A DNA stretch of 61,940 nt, the filler included, from Basidiobolus ranarum (lineage: Eukaryota): the NCBI GenBank assembly GCA_040143965.1. It is 12 parts of 12 records of this genome, joined end to end, with 100 filler letters (N's around TTAATTAATTAA, not from the genome) between each part and the next. Parts side by side here need not be neighbours in the genome. Positions count along the whole stretch, not along the records: positions 25,894 to 30,965 come from JASJQH010008600.1; positions 31,066 to 36,132 come from JASJQH010008601.1; 10 more parts are not named here. One strand, given 5' to 3'. Positions 25,950 to 36,232 of this stretch are shown piece after piece; the first letter of the stretch is position 1, and the number at the start of each line of letters is the position of its first letter. A program made the position numbers and the translations under genes. Below the pieces are notes generated by a model. The model was not told the DNA's origin and did no database searches. It saw nothing but the letters and a program-made list of their open reading frames with translations.

Positions 25950-28900
25950 CTACCAAAGTTCCATGACTTTGTTGTTGCACTTGAGAAAGCTGTAGCAGTT
26001 CATAACAATAGCATACGTATAGTGATTAGGCTTGACTGAAAGCTGCTGCATCTGTTGATAATACTCAAGAGCTTGCGGTATTTGGTAGCTTTTAAGATGG
26101 CCGTCAATCAAAGAATTGAATGTTTCAACAGTTGGTTGGATATTCTCATCAATCATTTGCTTGTAAAACTCTAAGGCCTTGGTCATTCCAGAATTCTTGA
26201 TGTAAGTATCAATCAGAATATTATAAGTCAAAGCATCTGCTTTCAAATCGTAGCTCTTCAGAGAATCATATATCTGATGAGCTTTCGGCAAATCCCCATT
26301 TTTACCATAGATATTGAGTAATGTATTGAAAGTAACTACGTCAGGTGCTAAGTGCGAATTAACCAGACTGTGATAGAGCGTCTCCATACGCGTAATGTTA
26401 CCTGACTTGCCATACATGTTAATAAGAATATTATGTATGCTGATGTTGGGTGGAATATTATAGTGAGTCATTTGATCAAATACTCGGGAAGCGGCTTCAA
26501 TTTGATCACAGCTGGCGAGAGTATTGATAAGAGACGTAAACAAAGCAATGTCTGGCTTTACTTTCCGCTTATGCATATCTTCGTATAGAGCTAAAGCTTG
26601 ATCCACCGACCTATTTCTGAAGCAACCTTCGATGAGAGATGTATATGTCACAACATCTGGATGCATATTCTGGCATATCATGTCATCAAAAATGCGTTTT
26701 GCCTCTGTCGATTCCGACTTCTTGGAGTACGCACTAATCAATGTATTGTAAGTGATAATGTCAGCGGAAATATTACAAGCTAGCATTTCGCGATACAACT
26801 CCACTGCCTTGGAAAGCTCATCGTTTTTGCAATAAGCATCAATCAAGGTGTTATAGGTGACCGCGTCAGGTTTGAGATTGCGTGTCTTCATTTCTTGCAG
26901 CACCGTTACTGCACTGTCCATAGCCGAATTCTTGGCATATGCTCGGATCAATATGTTGAAGGAAACGGCATCTGGAGCAATTCCTTTTCCAAGCATCTCA
27001 GAATATATGGTCTTGACTAGATCTATATCGGAAGCCTTGGAGTATCCATTAAGCAGTGTGTTGAATGTAATCAAGTTTGGTTCAATTTCTCTTTGAATCA
27101 TCTGAACATACATCTTATGCGCAAGATCCGGCTTGGATTCTTTTACGTAAGCATTCATGAGGGTGTTGTAGGTGATTGCATCAGGATCTATATTGTGTTC
27201 GAGCATTTCGTCGAACAGCGATTCAACCTTCTTCAGGTCAGAGTTCTTGGCATAGCAGTCCAATAGCTGTGTATATGCGTACACTTTGGATGCTATATTC
27301 TCACATGTTACATTGTGATGGACGTAGGAAATCAAGTCCATATCTTTATGGATCTTAGCGACTGAAAGCAATATGTTGAGCGATGAAATATCTAAACTCA
27401 AGCCGCAATCCCGTGCCCATTTATAAAGAGTTAAGGCTTCACTAGAGTTCCTTTTGCCTACACTTGATAACATCTCATAGATGCTAGGGAGGAATGTTTT
27501 CGATCCATCTCTCCATGTTTTTCTTGTCACTTCTTGGATCTGATCTAAGGATTTGTGCTGAATACCGAAAGCCAGAATCCCTTTCAATTGTTGGTTTGTT
27601 CGAATTGGCGCCTTTCTCTCTTCCAAATGAGCGAGTACTTCCATTCCTCGCTTACAATTGACCTCTGTATGGTCTTCGCTTAGTCGGTAAATATATTCAC
27701 ATGATTCATTGGTAAGGTAGCCAGATTCAGATAGGGATCTTTTCAGTATGGTCCATACTCGATGAGCTTTCTGGATCCCACATTCTTGTAGCGCTACATT
27801 CAAGATGGGCAATTTCCATTTATGAAAAGAGTAGGCTATTGACTCGGTGATTAGCCTTCCAGAAACCATGTTACGGCAAATGTCTATAGTTTTCCCTTTA
27901 TCTCCAGCCGTACAATACAAATCTAGAAGAATTTTGTACGTAAAGGCATTGGGTTCAAGTCCTCTGTGAATTATTTTGGTGTATACTTTCCAGGCCGAGT
28001 TGTGTTCCTTATTTTTAGTGTGAGTTTGAAGTAGTGCATTGTAAGTAATGATGTCGGGAGTTATATTTCGACTAAGCATTCCATCAAATAGTTTTTGCAC
28101 TGTTTTGAGATCCCCTTCTTTGGCATACGCATTAAGTAGTATATTATACGTTATGGTATCTGGTGAATTGTTTCCCGATAACATGGTTCTAAATAACGAG
28201 AGGCCTTCTTGATGTTGAGAATTCCTACAATACATGTTAATTAGGATATTAAACGTAGTTGTATTGGGATTGATCTTATGTGCCGGCATCTCCTCAAAGA
28301 GCTTGATTGCTTGGTCCTTATTCGAGCTTTTGACTAATCCGTCGAGGAGTGTATTGAAAGTAATAATATTAGGAGATATGCCCTGTTGACTGAGGGTATT
28401 ATACATCGCAAACGCTTTAGATATTTCCATGCGCTTAACATACGCATTGAGAAGAATATTGAACGTAATGATATCAGGCGGAAGTTTTCGGATACCCATC
28501 TCTTGATACAGTGCAAAAGCTTGATCCAGTTGTTGATTTTTCGCATAAGCATCAATGAGAGCACTGTACACCACCGTATTGGGCTCATCGATTTCCCGGG
28601 ACATTTCTTCATGCAGCTTTTTAAGTATGGGAACGTTTTTATGGTTCTTACAAGCCTTGAAAAGGGTACTGTAAGTAGCTAGGTCAGGCCTCAACCCTTC
28701 CTCCAATAGAATCTGATATGTATCATACGCTTTACGTAAGTCATTCTTTGCAATCTCATCTAACAATCTGTTTGTCGGTTTCCATATAATGTCTGACTGA
28801 AATTGCTTCAACTTACGAATATCTATCCGAATTTGACTTGAATTTCCTAGATTAACTTGAAGATATAGATTTCGAAGGTGAATATCTAATGCTTTTTCGG

Positions 28901-29081
28901 TGGTATCTAGGCTACTGATGGGAGGTTGCACTATCGTAGGTGTGGTGAAAGTTCGAGAAAAGCGAAACCCCTTCGTCTTATTAGGAGTTAAAAGTATATT
29001 CTTCCCAGTATTCCGACTATTCGCACTATTTGACAGGAAAGCATTCTTTCGTATTGTAAATTTTCCAAAAGCTACAAACAT
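25950..29081 (-). CDS. P-class pentatricopeptide repeat protein (1043 aa, ~21 repeats in two tracts), probably mitochondrial
   Basis: Regular 35-aa PD/PNxxT(Y/F)NxL repeats; basic N-terminus lacking acidic residues, resembling a presequence; 3' end lies near the contig edge and could be spliced further. Confidence 0.95.
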   Translation of the reverse strand: MFVAFGKFTIRKNAFLSNSANSRNTGKNILLTPNKTKGFRFSRTFTTPTIVQPPISSLDTTEKALDIHLRNLYLQVNLGNSSQIRIDIRKLKQFQSDIIWKPTNRLLDEIAKNDLRKAYDTYQILLEEGLRPDLATYSTLFKACKNHKNVPILKKLHEEMSREIDEPNTVVYSALIDAYAKNQQLDQAFALYQEMGIRKLPPDIITFNILLNAYVKRMEISKAFAMYNTLSQQGISPNIITFNTLLDGLVKSSNKDQAIKLFEEMPAHKINPNTTTFNILINMYCRNSQHQEGLSLFRTMLSGNNSPDTITYNILLNAYAKEGDLKTVQKLFDGMLSRNITPDIITYNALLQTHTKNKEHNSAWKVYTKIIHRGLEPNAFTYKILLDLYCTAGDKGKTIDICRNMVSGRLITESIAYSFHKWKLPILNVALQECGIQKAHRVWTILKRSLSESGYLTNESCEYIYRLSEDHTEVNCKRGMEVLAHLEERKAPIRTNQQLKGILAFGIQHKSLDQIQEVTRKTWRDGSKTFLPSIYEMLSSVGKRNSSEALTLYKWARDCGLSLDISSLNILLSVAKIHKDMDLISYVHHNVTCENIASKVYAYTQLLDCYAKNSDLKKVESLFDEMLEHNIDPDAITYNTLMNAYVKESKPDLAHKMYVQMIQREIEPNLITFNTLLNGYSKASDIDLVKTIYSEMLGKGIAPDAVSFNILIRAYAKNSAMDSAVTVLQEMKTRNLKPDAVTYNTLIDAYCKNDELSKAVELYREMLACNISADIITYNTLISAYSKKSESTEAKRIFDDMICQNMHPDVVTYTSLIEGCFRNRSVDQALALYEDMHKRKVKPDIALFTSLINTLASCDQIEAASRVFDQMTHYNIPPNISIHNILINMYGKSGNITRMETLYHSLVNSHLAPDVVTFNTLLNIYGKNGDLPKAHQIYDSLKSYDLKADALTYNILIDTYIKNSGMTKALEFYKQMIDENIQPTVETFNSLIDGHLKSYQIPQALEYYQQMQQLSVKPNHYTYAIVMNCYSFLKCNNKVMELW

Positions 29082-30155
29082 GTTTAGAAACCAATGCTGT
29101 CAAGTAATCCATAGAATGGTTGTATAAAAATGATGGGGTATAAGATACATAGCAGTCACTAACATTCGACTTCAAGCTAAGACAAAAATTTTCTTTGATT
29201 AAACATACATGAATATAGGCCTAGTACTACTCAACAACATCCCATCAAATCAATCTGCTTATTGAGTAAATCTAGGATTAAATAAAGACACTATTTGGGA
29301 TTTAACGCATTTCCAGTTGAAAAGCGCTGAAATGCAAGTGTTGATACTATGTATATAATAGAATCTTGGAGGTGATCAAAAATAAAATAATTGAAGTCCG
29401 TTTGTACCTGGCTTGGAAATATGAATTAGCGCAGTGTTATTGCTCCACATAGACTTTATAGAGCCTAGAAGTAAACAGAGAACTGCTTTTTTAAATTACG
29501 CCTCTTCTCTCGGCAAAGTAATGTTAGTTGGCATTGGCTGTGCATACTAAATTTATGTAAAATTGGCAAATGGCATATTTGCATAAATTAGGGATTTTCT
29601 AACTCCTAACTCGGTCACACTTATAATTCAGCAGGATTAGCGCAGTTGTTGGAGAAAGATATAGACACTCAACAAGTTTTTATAGTTTATGTTATAACTG
29701 AGCGTGCAGAGATCCCCAGGGTTAGAAATCTCGCAGTATAATCTCAAGATATTGCGGTAAAAAAATCATTTGATAATATTGATTTACTATGTGAAGAAAA
29801 ACTGCTGATTATTAATTGTAGATCTACTTTTATTTGGGAAAATTTATCTAAACGATAACATTCTTGTCACCGATAATTATGATTTTGCATAATTTTTTCC
29901 AATGACTACGACATCCTCTAGTTAAAAATCAATAGAATGGACCCGTGCCAAAAGTACCACTATGGTGGGATCAAAATATCACAGAATCCTCCCACCGAAA
30001 TACTATTTTAATCCTCGAAGTTTGCAACGAGGAAACTTTGCTTCTTGCCTCGCGATTTTACACCACGCGTTTCTAGACATCTTTGATCTATTCAAATTTG
30101 TGTCTTGCCGAAAATATCAGTTACCGAATAAACACTTATTCTAAGCCTCACATTA

Positions 30156-30965
30156 ATGGACGAAGAATTCTTTACAGGTAGAGCAATCAAACAAAGTTTT
30201 CACTTTTAACCTGAGACTTGGTTTGTTAATTTCCATTTACATAGAATATGGAGAGGAGGGAGAAGAAGAAGAATTGGAGGAGATCACCCAGGAAGATTGC
30301 TGGGCTGTTATCACTTCTTTCTTCGAAGATAAGGGTTTAGTTCGTCAACAGCTGGATTCGTTCGATGAATTCATCCAAAACACCATTCAAGAAATTGTGG
30401 ATGAAAGTTCCAATATGGTTTTACAAACCACTACTCAACATAGCGCTCATGGTGGTGAAGTTGCAGTGAGTTTAAATACATCAAGGCTTATTTTTTTCTT
30501 TTACTTAGCCCAAGTTATCTTACTTTCAATAGAAACGTTTCCATATTCATTTCGGTCAAATCTATCTATCCAAACCCACAATGACAGAGTCTGATGGTAG
30601 TACTCAATCGATGTACCCACAAGAAGCACGTCTACGTAATTTGACGTATGTTGAATTCAGATGCTTCGAAAGGATTAGTATTTATCTTCTAACCGATCTT
30701 CAATAGGTATGCTGCTCCACTGTATGTTGATATGCGAAAGCAAGTGCTCATTGGTGATCCCAATGATCCCAGAAATCGTGATAATACCAACTTTAACGAC
30801 TGGCATATGGTGGAGGATCGTACGGATCGTGACAGTGGAAACTTTACAAAAGTTTTTATTGGAAAAGTAAGCTAGATATGGGTATACTATTTAATGGTTA
30901 ATATGACTTACAACCCAGTATTATGTTTAGGTGCCCATTATGTTAAGATCAACGTTCTGTATCTT
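30156..30965 (+). CDS. RPB2: RNA polymerase II second-largest subunit, 5' part (exons 30156-30177, 30245-30465, 30533-30645, 30707-30866, 30931-30965)
   Basis: [78 protein letters not shown]; four GT-AG introns of 61-67 nt keep the frame. Confidence 0.97.
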
Positions 30966-31129
30966 NNNNNNNNNNNNNNNNNNNNNNNNNNNNNNNNNNN
31001 NNNNNNNNNTTAATTAATTAANNNNNNNNNNNNNNNNNNNNNNNNNNNNNNNNNNNNNNNNNNNNCTTTACAAGCATGTCAGGAAAGCTCCCAAATACAC
31101 TCAAGACTAAACTATGTCAACATCATATA

Positions 31130-31592
31130 TAGGAGCCCAAATGGTCAAGAGCTGATGAGCAAGAGATTTTATCCCATTTATATGATTAAGCATAGAATCA
31201 TCAGGATACATCTGAATTGAGAATAATTTTCACCTAAGATATAGCCTATTTGCCAGACTTTTAGTCTCATCTAGTCTCTAAGGTGTTTCCAAAGCATTTT
31301 AGATGTTGTGGCTGATTGTATGAGCCTCAATTGAGAAACTTGGAGATGTAGACAAAGTGTAGAGAGTGCTGTCCTCTGCTTCTTGTGAAAGGCAAGGATA
31401 GCTTCCGGTGGTGCCTTTAGCTCTATTTCTTCTCCTGTAACAAATCCCCAAAAGTCCTTGTCTCCTACCACCATTTTCATCTTAAACTTCCAAAAGTGAG
31501 AGTCTTCACCACCAAACTTCTCTGTTGATGCAAAAACATTGTTAATAGTACTGGTAGACAAATGTTTAACAGCTAGCTTGGGGCTAATAACA
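31130..31592 (-). mobile_element. Ty1/copia gag N-terminus with degenerate PBS (31581-31592)
   Basis: EKFGGEDSHFWKFKMKM..KDFWGFVTG...LWKHL then KSLANRLYL; PBS matches the 20752 site at 10/12 nt. Confidence 0.85.
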
Positions 31593-31943
31593 TTATAAAA
31601 TTGTTCAGGTGATTTGGAAGTTTTTTGGACAAGATTTAGATTTGTGAATCAGTCACTTAAGTCTTGTTGAATTGAATATGTCCTATTTATAGTTTACTAT
31701 GAAATAGGACTATTGGGCTTGCTTAGATCATAACAAACATGTCTTTCAAGCATGGGTCAATACTTGAGATGATTTGGAGAGGTTTTGAGAAAATAGTGAA
31801 AATTGGTAAAGTGATCTAATTGATATTTCTATCAATTAAAACAGTAAACACATGTTTTTGAATGACAGAATTCAGTGCTAAATAATCAGAATATGAATAA
31901 ACTGACTGCTAAATAATGAGTTGCTATTTGCCTGATTTCAACA
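31593..31943 (-). mobile_element. Copia 5' LTR, family 1 (~351 bp)
   Basis: Starts TGTTGAAAT on the minus strand; shares the TTTACTATGAAATAGGAC block with other copies; followed by PBS and gag. Confidence 0.88.
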
Positions 31944-31949
31944 CAAATA

Positions 31950-33350
31950 TAGCTAACTTGTCTCGGATGAACTTCTAGAGGATAGTGACCATGATATTCT
32001 GAAACCATGCAACAGAGTTGATTCCTCCTTGGCTGAGTCTTGTCTTTCTTGGTAGCCCAAAGGGAGTCTGAAGCCCAAACATGCCTCTTGAGGTTTTATC
32101 ATCAGGTGTTTTGTCATATCCTGAGTATAGATCATAGGTTGAATATATGGGAGCTCCAGCAAAGCTCTCTGCAAGTTTGTGAATGGAAAGAAGTACTCCA
32201 GCATCTCCAATGTTACTGCATTAGCTGGCAGCATGTCTTTTATAAATCTCAGTTTGCCATTCTTCTTTTTTGTGACAAACCAATGATTGGCATAAGATCC
32301 ATAGCATAATTGTATGATTCCATCTTTAATCTTACTCTTTAGAAGAGCATGCACATCTGGTTGTAGGCCTCCTGGTAATGGATAGGGCTTAAGTGACAAT
32401 GGTTTGTATTCTACATTTTGAAATTTATTGGGGCTTCAACTGAGGGCAATGGTAGTCGCAGTTGTTGGTCATTGTATGCAAAGGCTCTGTCATGTCTAAC
32501 AATTATATTACTAAAAAGTTTGACCTTTTGATGGCTGAGGTTGCTATTGCAATCTTGATGGTGGCTAGTCTCTCTGGAGCTAGTCTGTGTTAGTGTTGCT
32601 TGTCTGGTGGCTCTCTTTCCTGATTGGATGGTCTGGTTTTATTGGTGAGTGGTTCAAGATAAAGCTTTACTTTTGTAGAAACAGTCTTGTACTTGGTCCT
32701 AACACTTGCCTTGTGTACTTTTGGTCCTAAAGCAGCTCCCCAAGCTAAGTGTGGGTTGGATGTGTAATACATTTGATAGAGAGTAACATCTTCAATGGTG
32801 CTTCTGCACACAATTTGAGCTCTATGGTCAATAGCTGGTGCTCCACTGAAGTTGGCAAGTAATCCTTGGTTGCTTCTGCAAATGATGTGCCAATCAAATC
32901 CAGCAGGATATTTAATGACCATTCCTCTTGCTTTTATCTTTCAAGGTCTTCCAATTAGTACATTGAAGTTGGCCTTCTGGCAGATAAAAACAGGAATAGT
33001 GTGCTCTACTCCTTGTATGTTGGTAGGAAATTCATGAATAACCCATAAGAGTGAGGAGACTCCAGTGTTGGCTTCACACAAATTCCAGTGTGTATGAATA
33101 TATACTGGAAGCAAAAGTTTGCATGGTAATGACTTTTAGAAATCCATTGGCTTTGCACAGATCTCTGACCCACTATCAATATGGCATGGTATAAGGTCTT
33201 CATTGATAAATTGCTTGGTAGGCACCATTGAAAAGCTGGTTTTGGCAAACTCCCCTAAGTCATAAATTCAGTAGGTATGGCAGTATTGTCCTTAGCTTTC
33301 TAGTAAGTGTGCTTTCACAAAGTTCTGGTCTTTTAGTATGGCAGGGTTGT
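31950..33350 (-). mobile_element. Ty3/gypsy protease-RT remnant
   Basis: ANFNVLIGRP protease tail; RT block YANHWFVTKKKNGKLRFIKDMLPANAVT; frameshifts. Confidence 0.8.
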
Positions 33351-33353
33351 CTT

Positions 33354-33705
33354 TGATAGAAGTGTTTAGGGGACTTGGAAGTGTTTTGTACAAGATTTGG
33401 ATTTGAGAATTAGACACTTGAGTTTTATTAAATTGAATATGACCTAGTTATAGTTTACTATGAAATAGGACTATAGGACATGCTTAGATCATAACAAAAG
33501 TGCCTGTTAAGCATGGGTGAAAATTTGAGGTAATATGGAGAAGTTTTGAGAAAATGGTAAAAATTGGTAAAAGTGATCCAATTGATATTTCTATCAATTA
33601 GAGCAATGAACACACATTTTTGAATGGCAGAATTGAGTGCTAAATAATCAAAATATGAACAAACTAACTACTAAATACTGTGTTGCTATTTACCTAATTT
33701 CTACA
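33354..33705 (-). mobile_element. Copia solo LTR, family 1, with 5-bp TSD GTCTT
   Basis: GTCTT at 33349-33353 and 33706-33710 flanking TG...CA. Confidence 0.9.
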
Positions 33706-33749
33706 GTCTTTAAGTGCTAACATAATATCATATTAATAATAAAAATAAT

Positions 33750-33900
33750 CAGCCATTCTGTCTTGAGGAACATTGTAAACTTGGCAGAAAAGTTCCCATT
33801 GCCTGATGAATGCCTGAACCTTTGTTCCACAAAGGAAGTGAGTACCTGGGGACTCTCATAATGGTAGTTTTGAGTAGACATGTTTAGTATACGATAGCAT
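33750..33900 (-). mobile_element. Possible gypsy gag start belonging to the same gypsy remnant
   Basis: PGTHFLCGTKVQAFIRQWELFCQVY resembles the fungal gypsy gag 'PxFxGxxVxxFLxxYE' pattern. Confidence 0.35.
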
Positions 33901-35673
33901 GAGTAGTCTTTTTTGTTGTAGGTGCTGGGATGTACTGTAATATGAGTCTGTCTTTTGCCTCTCAGGTGTTTGTGAAAGGGGAATCAAGCCTCTAGAATTG
34001 CCTAGGGACTGCTAAAGCTCAATGCAATGTCCAGCTTTCTTCTGAATAATATGCTAGTGCCTGAAAATGAATATACTGGCTTCAATGTCCTTTGAGACTG
34101 ATCAGATAAAAATAGTATATGCAATCAAAAACTACTGTTGACTTAGCAGTTGAACAAGGATGTACTAGTAGTGGTTTATTCAAGGATATAAAAAAGTTCC
34201 TTTCCTATGCAAACAAAGCTGAAGATATATACAAAGTATCAGTAGATATAACACATACTTGTTAATGCTTCCTTTGGGCCAGTCAAGACCTTTCTAGTCA
34301 CACAGTAGCCAGTAATTGCCTCCAGTGTCCTTCTTGAGCTTCCTCTTCCAAGGTCATGTAAGCAGTGATCAAAATATGGGGTGATCACAAGGAGTAACTA
34401 TTAGTTAAAGATTTGTATACTTTTTGTTGAAAGATATGGCTCCTGTTTGTAATATTCTGAAGGTAGAAATGATTACTAATGACAGTTTCTGGAAGGTTCC
34501 AAAGAATTCTATGGGAGTGGATCAGGAGATGTGATATTATCAAAAATTATAAGATTTGTAAACCATGGAATATTCTTGAAGGTATTAAAATAATCCAGAA
34601 AGTCATGGAATATTCAGGCAAAATCAAGTTTTGATTGGTCAAGATTCAATTAATCATCAAGTAATCCAAGATTCTTGTGGATTGTTCTGGAAGATTGTTA
34701 AGATTTCCAATATATAGTAGGGCTATCATGGGTTGATAAAGTGAAATCTCAAATAATAAGGTATAGGTCTAATAGTGTGATATGATAAGCTAGAAAATAT
34801 GTGGAAGTAAAATATGGATAGTAAAATAGAAATTTTCAAAAGTAATGAAATGAGTTAGAAGTAAAAATAAATCAACATGCAGATGGACAGCAATGCTACA
34901 CCACTGCACCAGATCAATCTATATTGTCCCAGCTTAATTTGAAACTAGTAACATGCTCTCTACCATCTCTTAATAGTCATTACTCACTATTCCAAAAGCA
35001 ATTACTGGCTTTCATATCACTACCTTGGAAGCTAGATTTGAGAAATATTGTGGCTTATATAATCCAATACCTACCAGAGAGCAGCTAGTCAATTTATTTT
35101 GTTACTACAGCCACTATTGCCCAATCAGATTTTAATGCACCATCAATGGTGGTAAAAGTGGGAGAAGCTTCCATACCAAGCTTCAAGTAGATGAAGATTT
35201 AGCTTCAGTGATGAATGATGTTGAGGGTGCCTGTGACTGTCACAATAAGGCACTTGACAAGGACTGGAAACAGAGAAAAGAGGCTAGAAAGCAGGAGAGT
35301 ACATTGGTGTGGACCACTTGGCAAGGCAAGACAAGACTGGAAAGGGAAGATACTTTGGCAAGCATCTTTATTGATAACTGACATTTATGGCACTGAGGTC
35401 TGATCAAGGAAAACAAGGAGCTGATATAGATATTGCAGGATAGAATATAATATACTGAATAAGGAATATAATGTGGCAAGTCCAAGCATTGGAGTAATGG
35501 GGACTACAAGGACCAATACAATGAGGCATGAAGTAAGGATGATCAGATTTCCTTCCACAGAAGGTCCTGGCAGAAATCTACTATTTGTGGGATGATGTGA
35601 TTTGTCAGGCTTCATGGAATACTCCACAGAACATGACTTCTATATAAGGTAACCTGGATGAACCAGCACAAGA

Positions 35674-36132
35674 TTGCCAAGAAGGGATGGCACAGTAGAT
35701 ACAATAGCATACTCTAATTGTAGAAGAATTCCATTAGCAGTGGATGAGTACAACAAAATCAGAATCATCAGTATAAAGGGGATCAGCTGGAGCCAGAGCT
35801 TCCCATTAGGCACTATGCACTTAATATTCAACAACATTCTAATACTACTTACTCAGCTATATAGTGGAAAATTCAATATGAACAAGCCATTCAAGATAGG
35901 ATCAAAGTTTGAATCAATTGGGAAAATGCTTGAAAATGTGAAGATACCAACGTATTTTACCAGGACTCCCATCACTATCCACTCATCTAGGCATTTATTC
36001 AAATGCACAGACTGGAAGTATTGGATTTGTATATATTCAAGTGGAATCTTGAAAAGATTTCTGCCTGATAAGTATTGGCAACATTGGGAGTTGTTTGTTG
36101 ATATTGTTAATGTATTCTTAGGGCATCAACTC
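35674..36132 (+). mobile_element. CACTA/EnSpm (CMC)-type transposase fragment, cut by contig end
   Basis: SFPLGTMHLIFNN, IPTYFTRTP, FKCTDWKYW..YS..IL...LPDKYWQHWELFV pattern typical of fungal Tnp2-like transposases. Confidence 0.7.
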
Positions 36133-36232
36133 NNNNNNNNNNNNNNNNNNNNNNNNNNNNNNNNNNNNNNNNNNNNTTAATTAATTAANNNNNNNNNNNN
36201 NNNNNNNNNNNNNNNNNNNNNNNNNNNNNNNN

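Noticed and set aside
26598-29127. Short ORFs overlapping the PPR gene (similar ones overlap SEC16, the C2H2 gene and the MFS gene)
   Set aside because: Antisense or alternate-frame shadows of real genes with no motifs of their own
30223-30594. 123-aa ORF as a standalone gene
   Set aside because: It is RPB2 exon 2 read through the flanking introns
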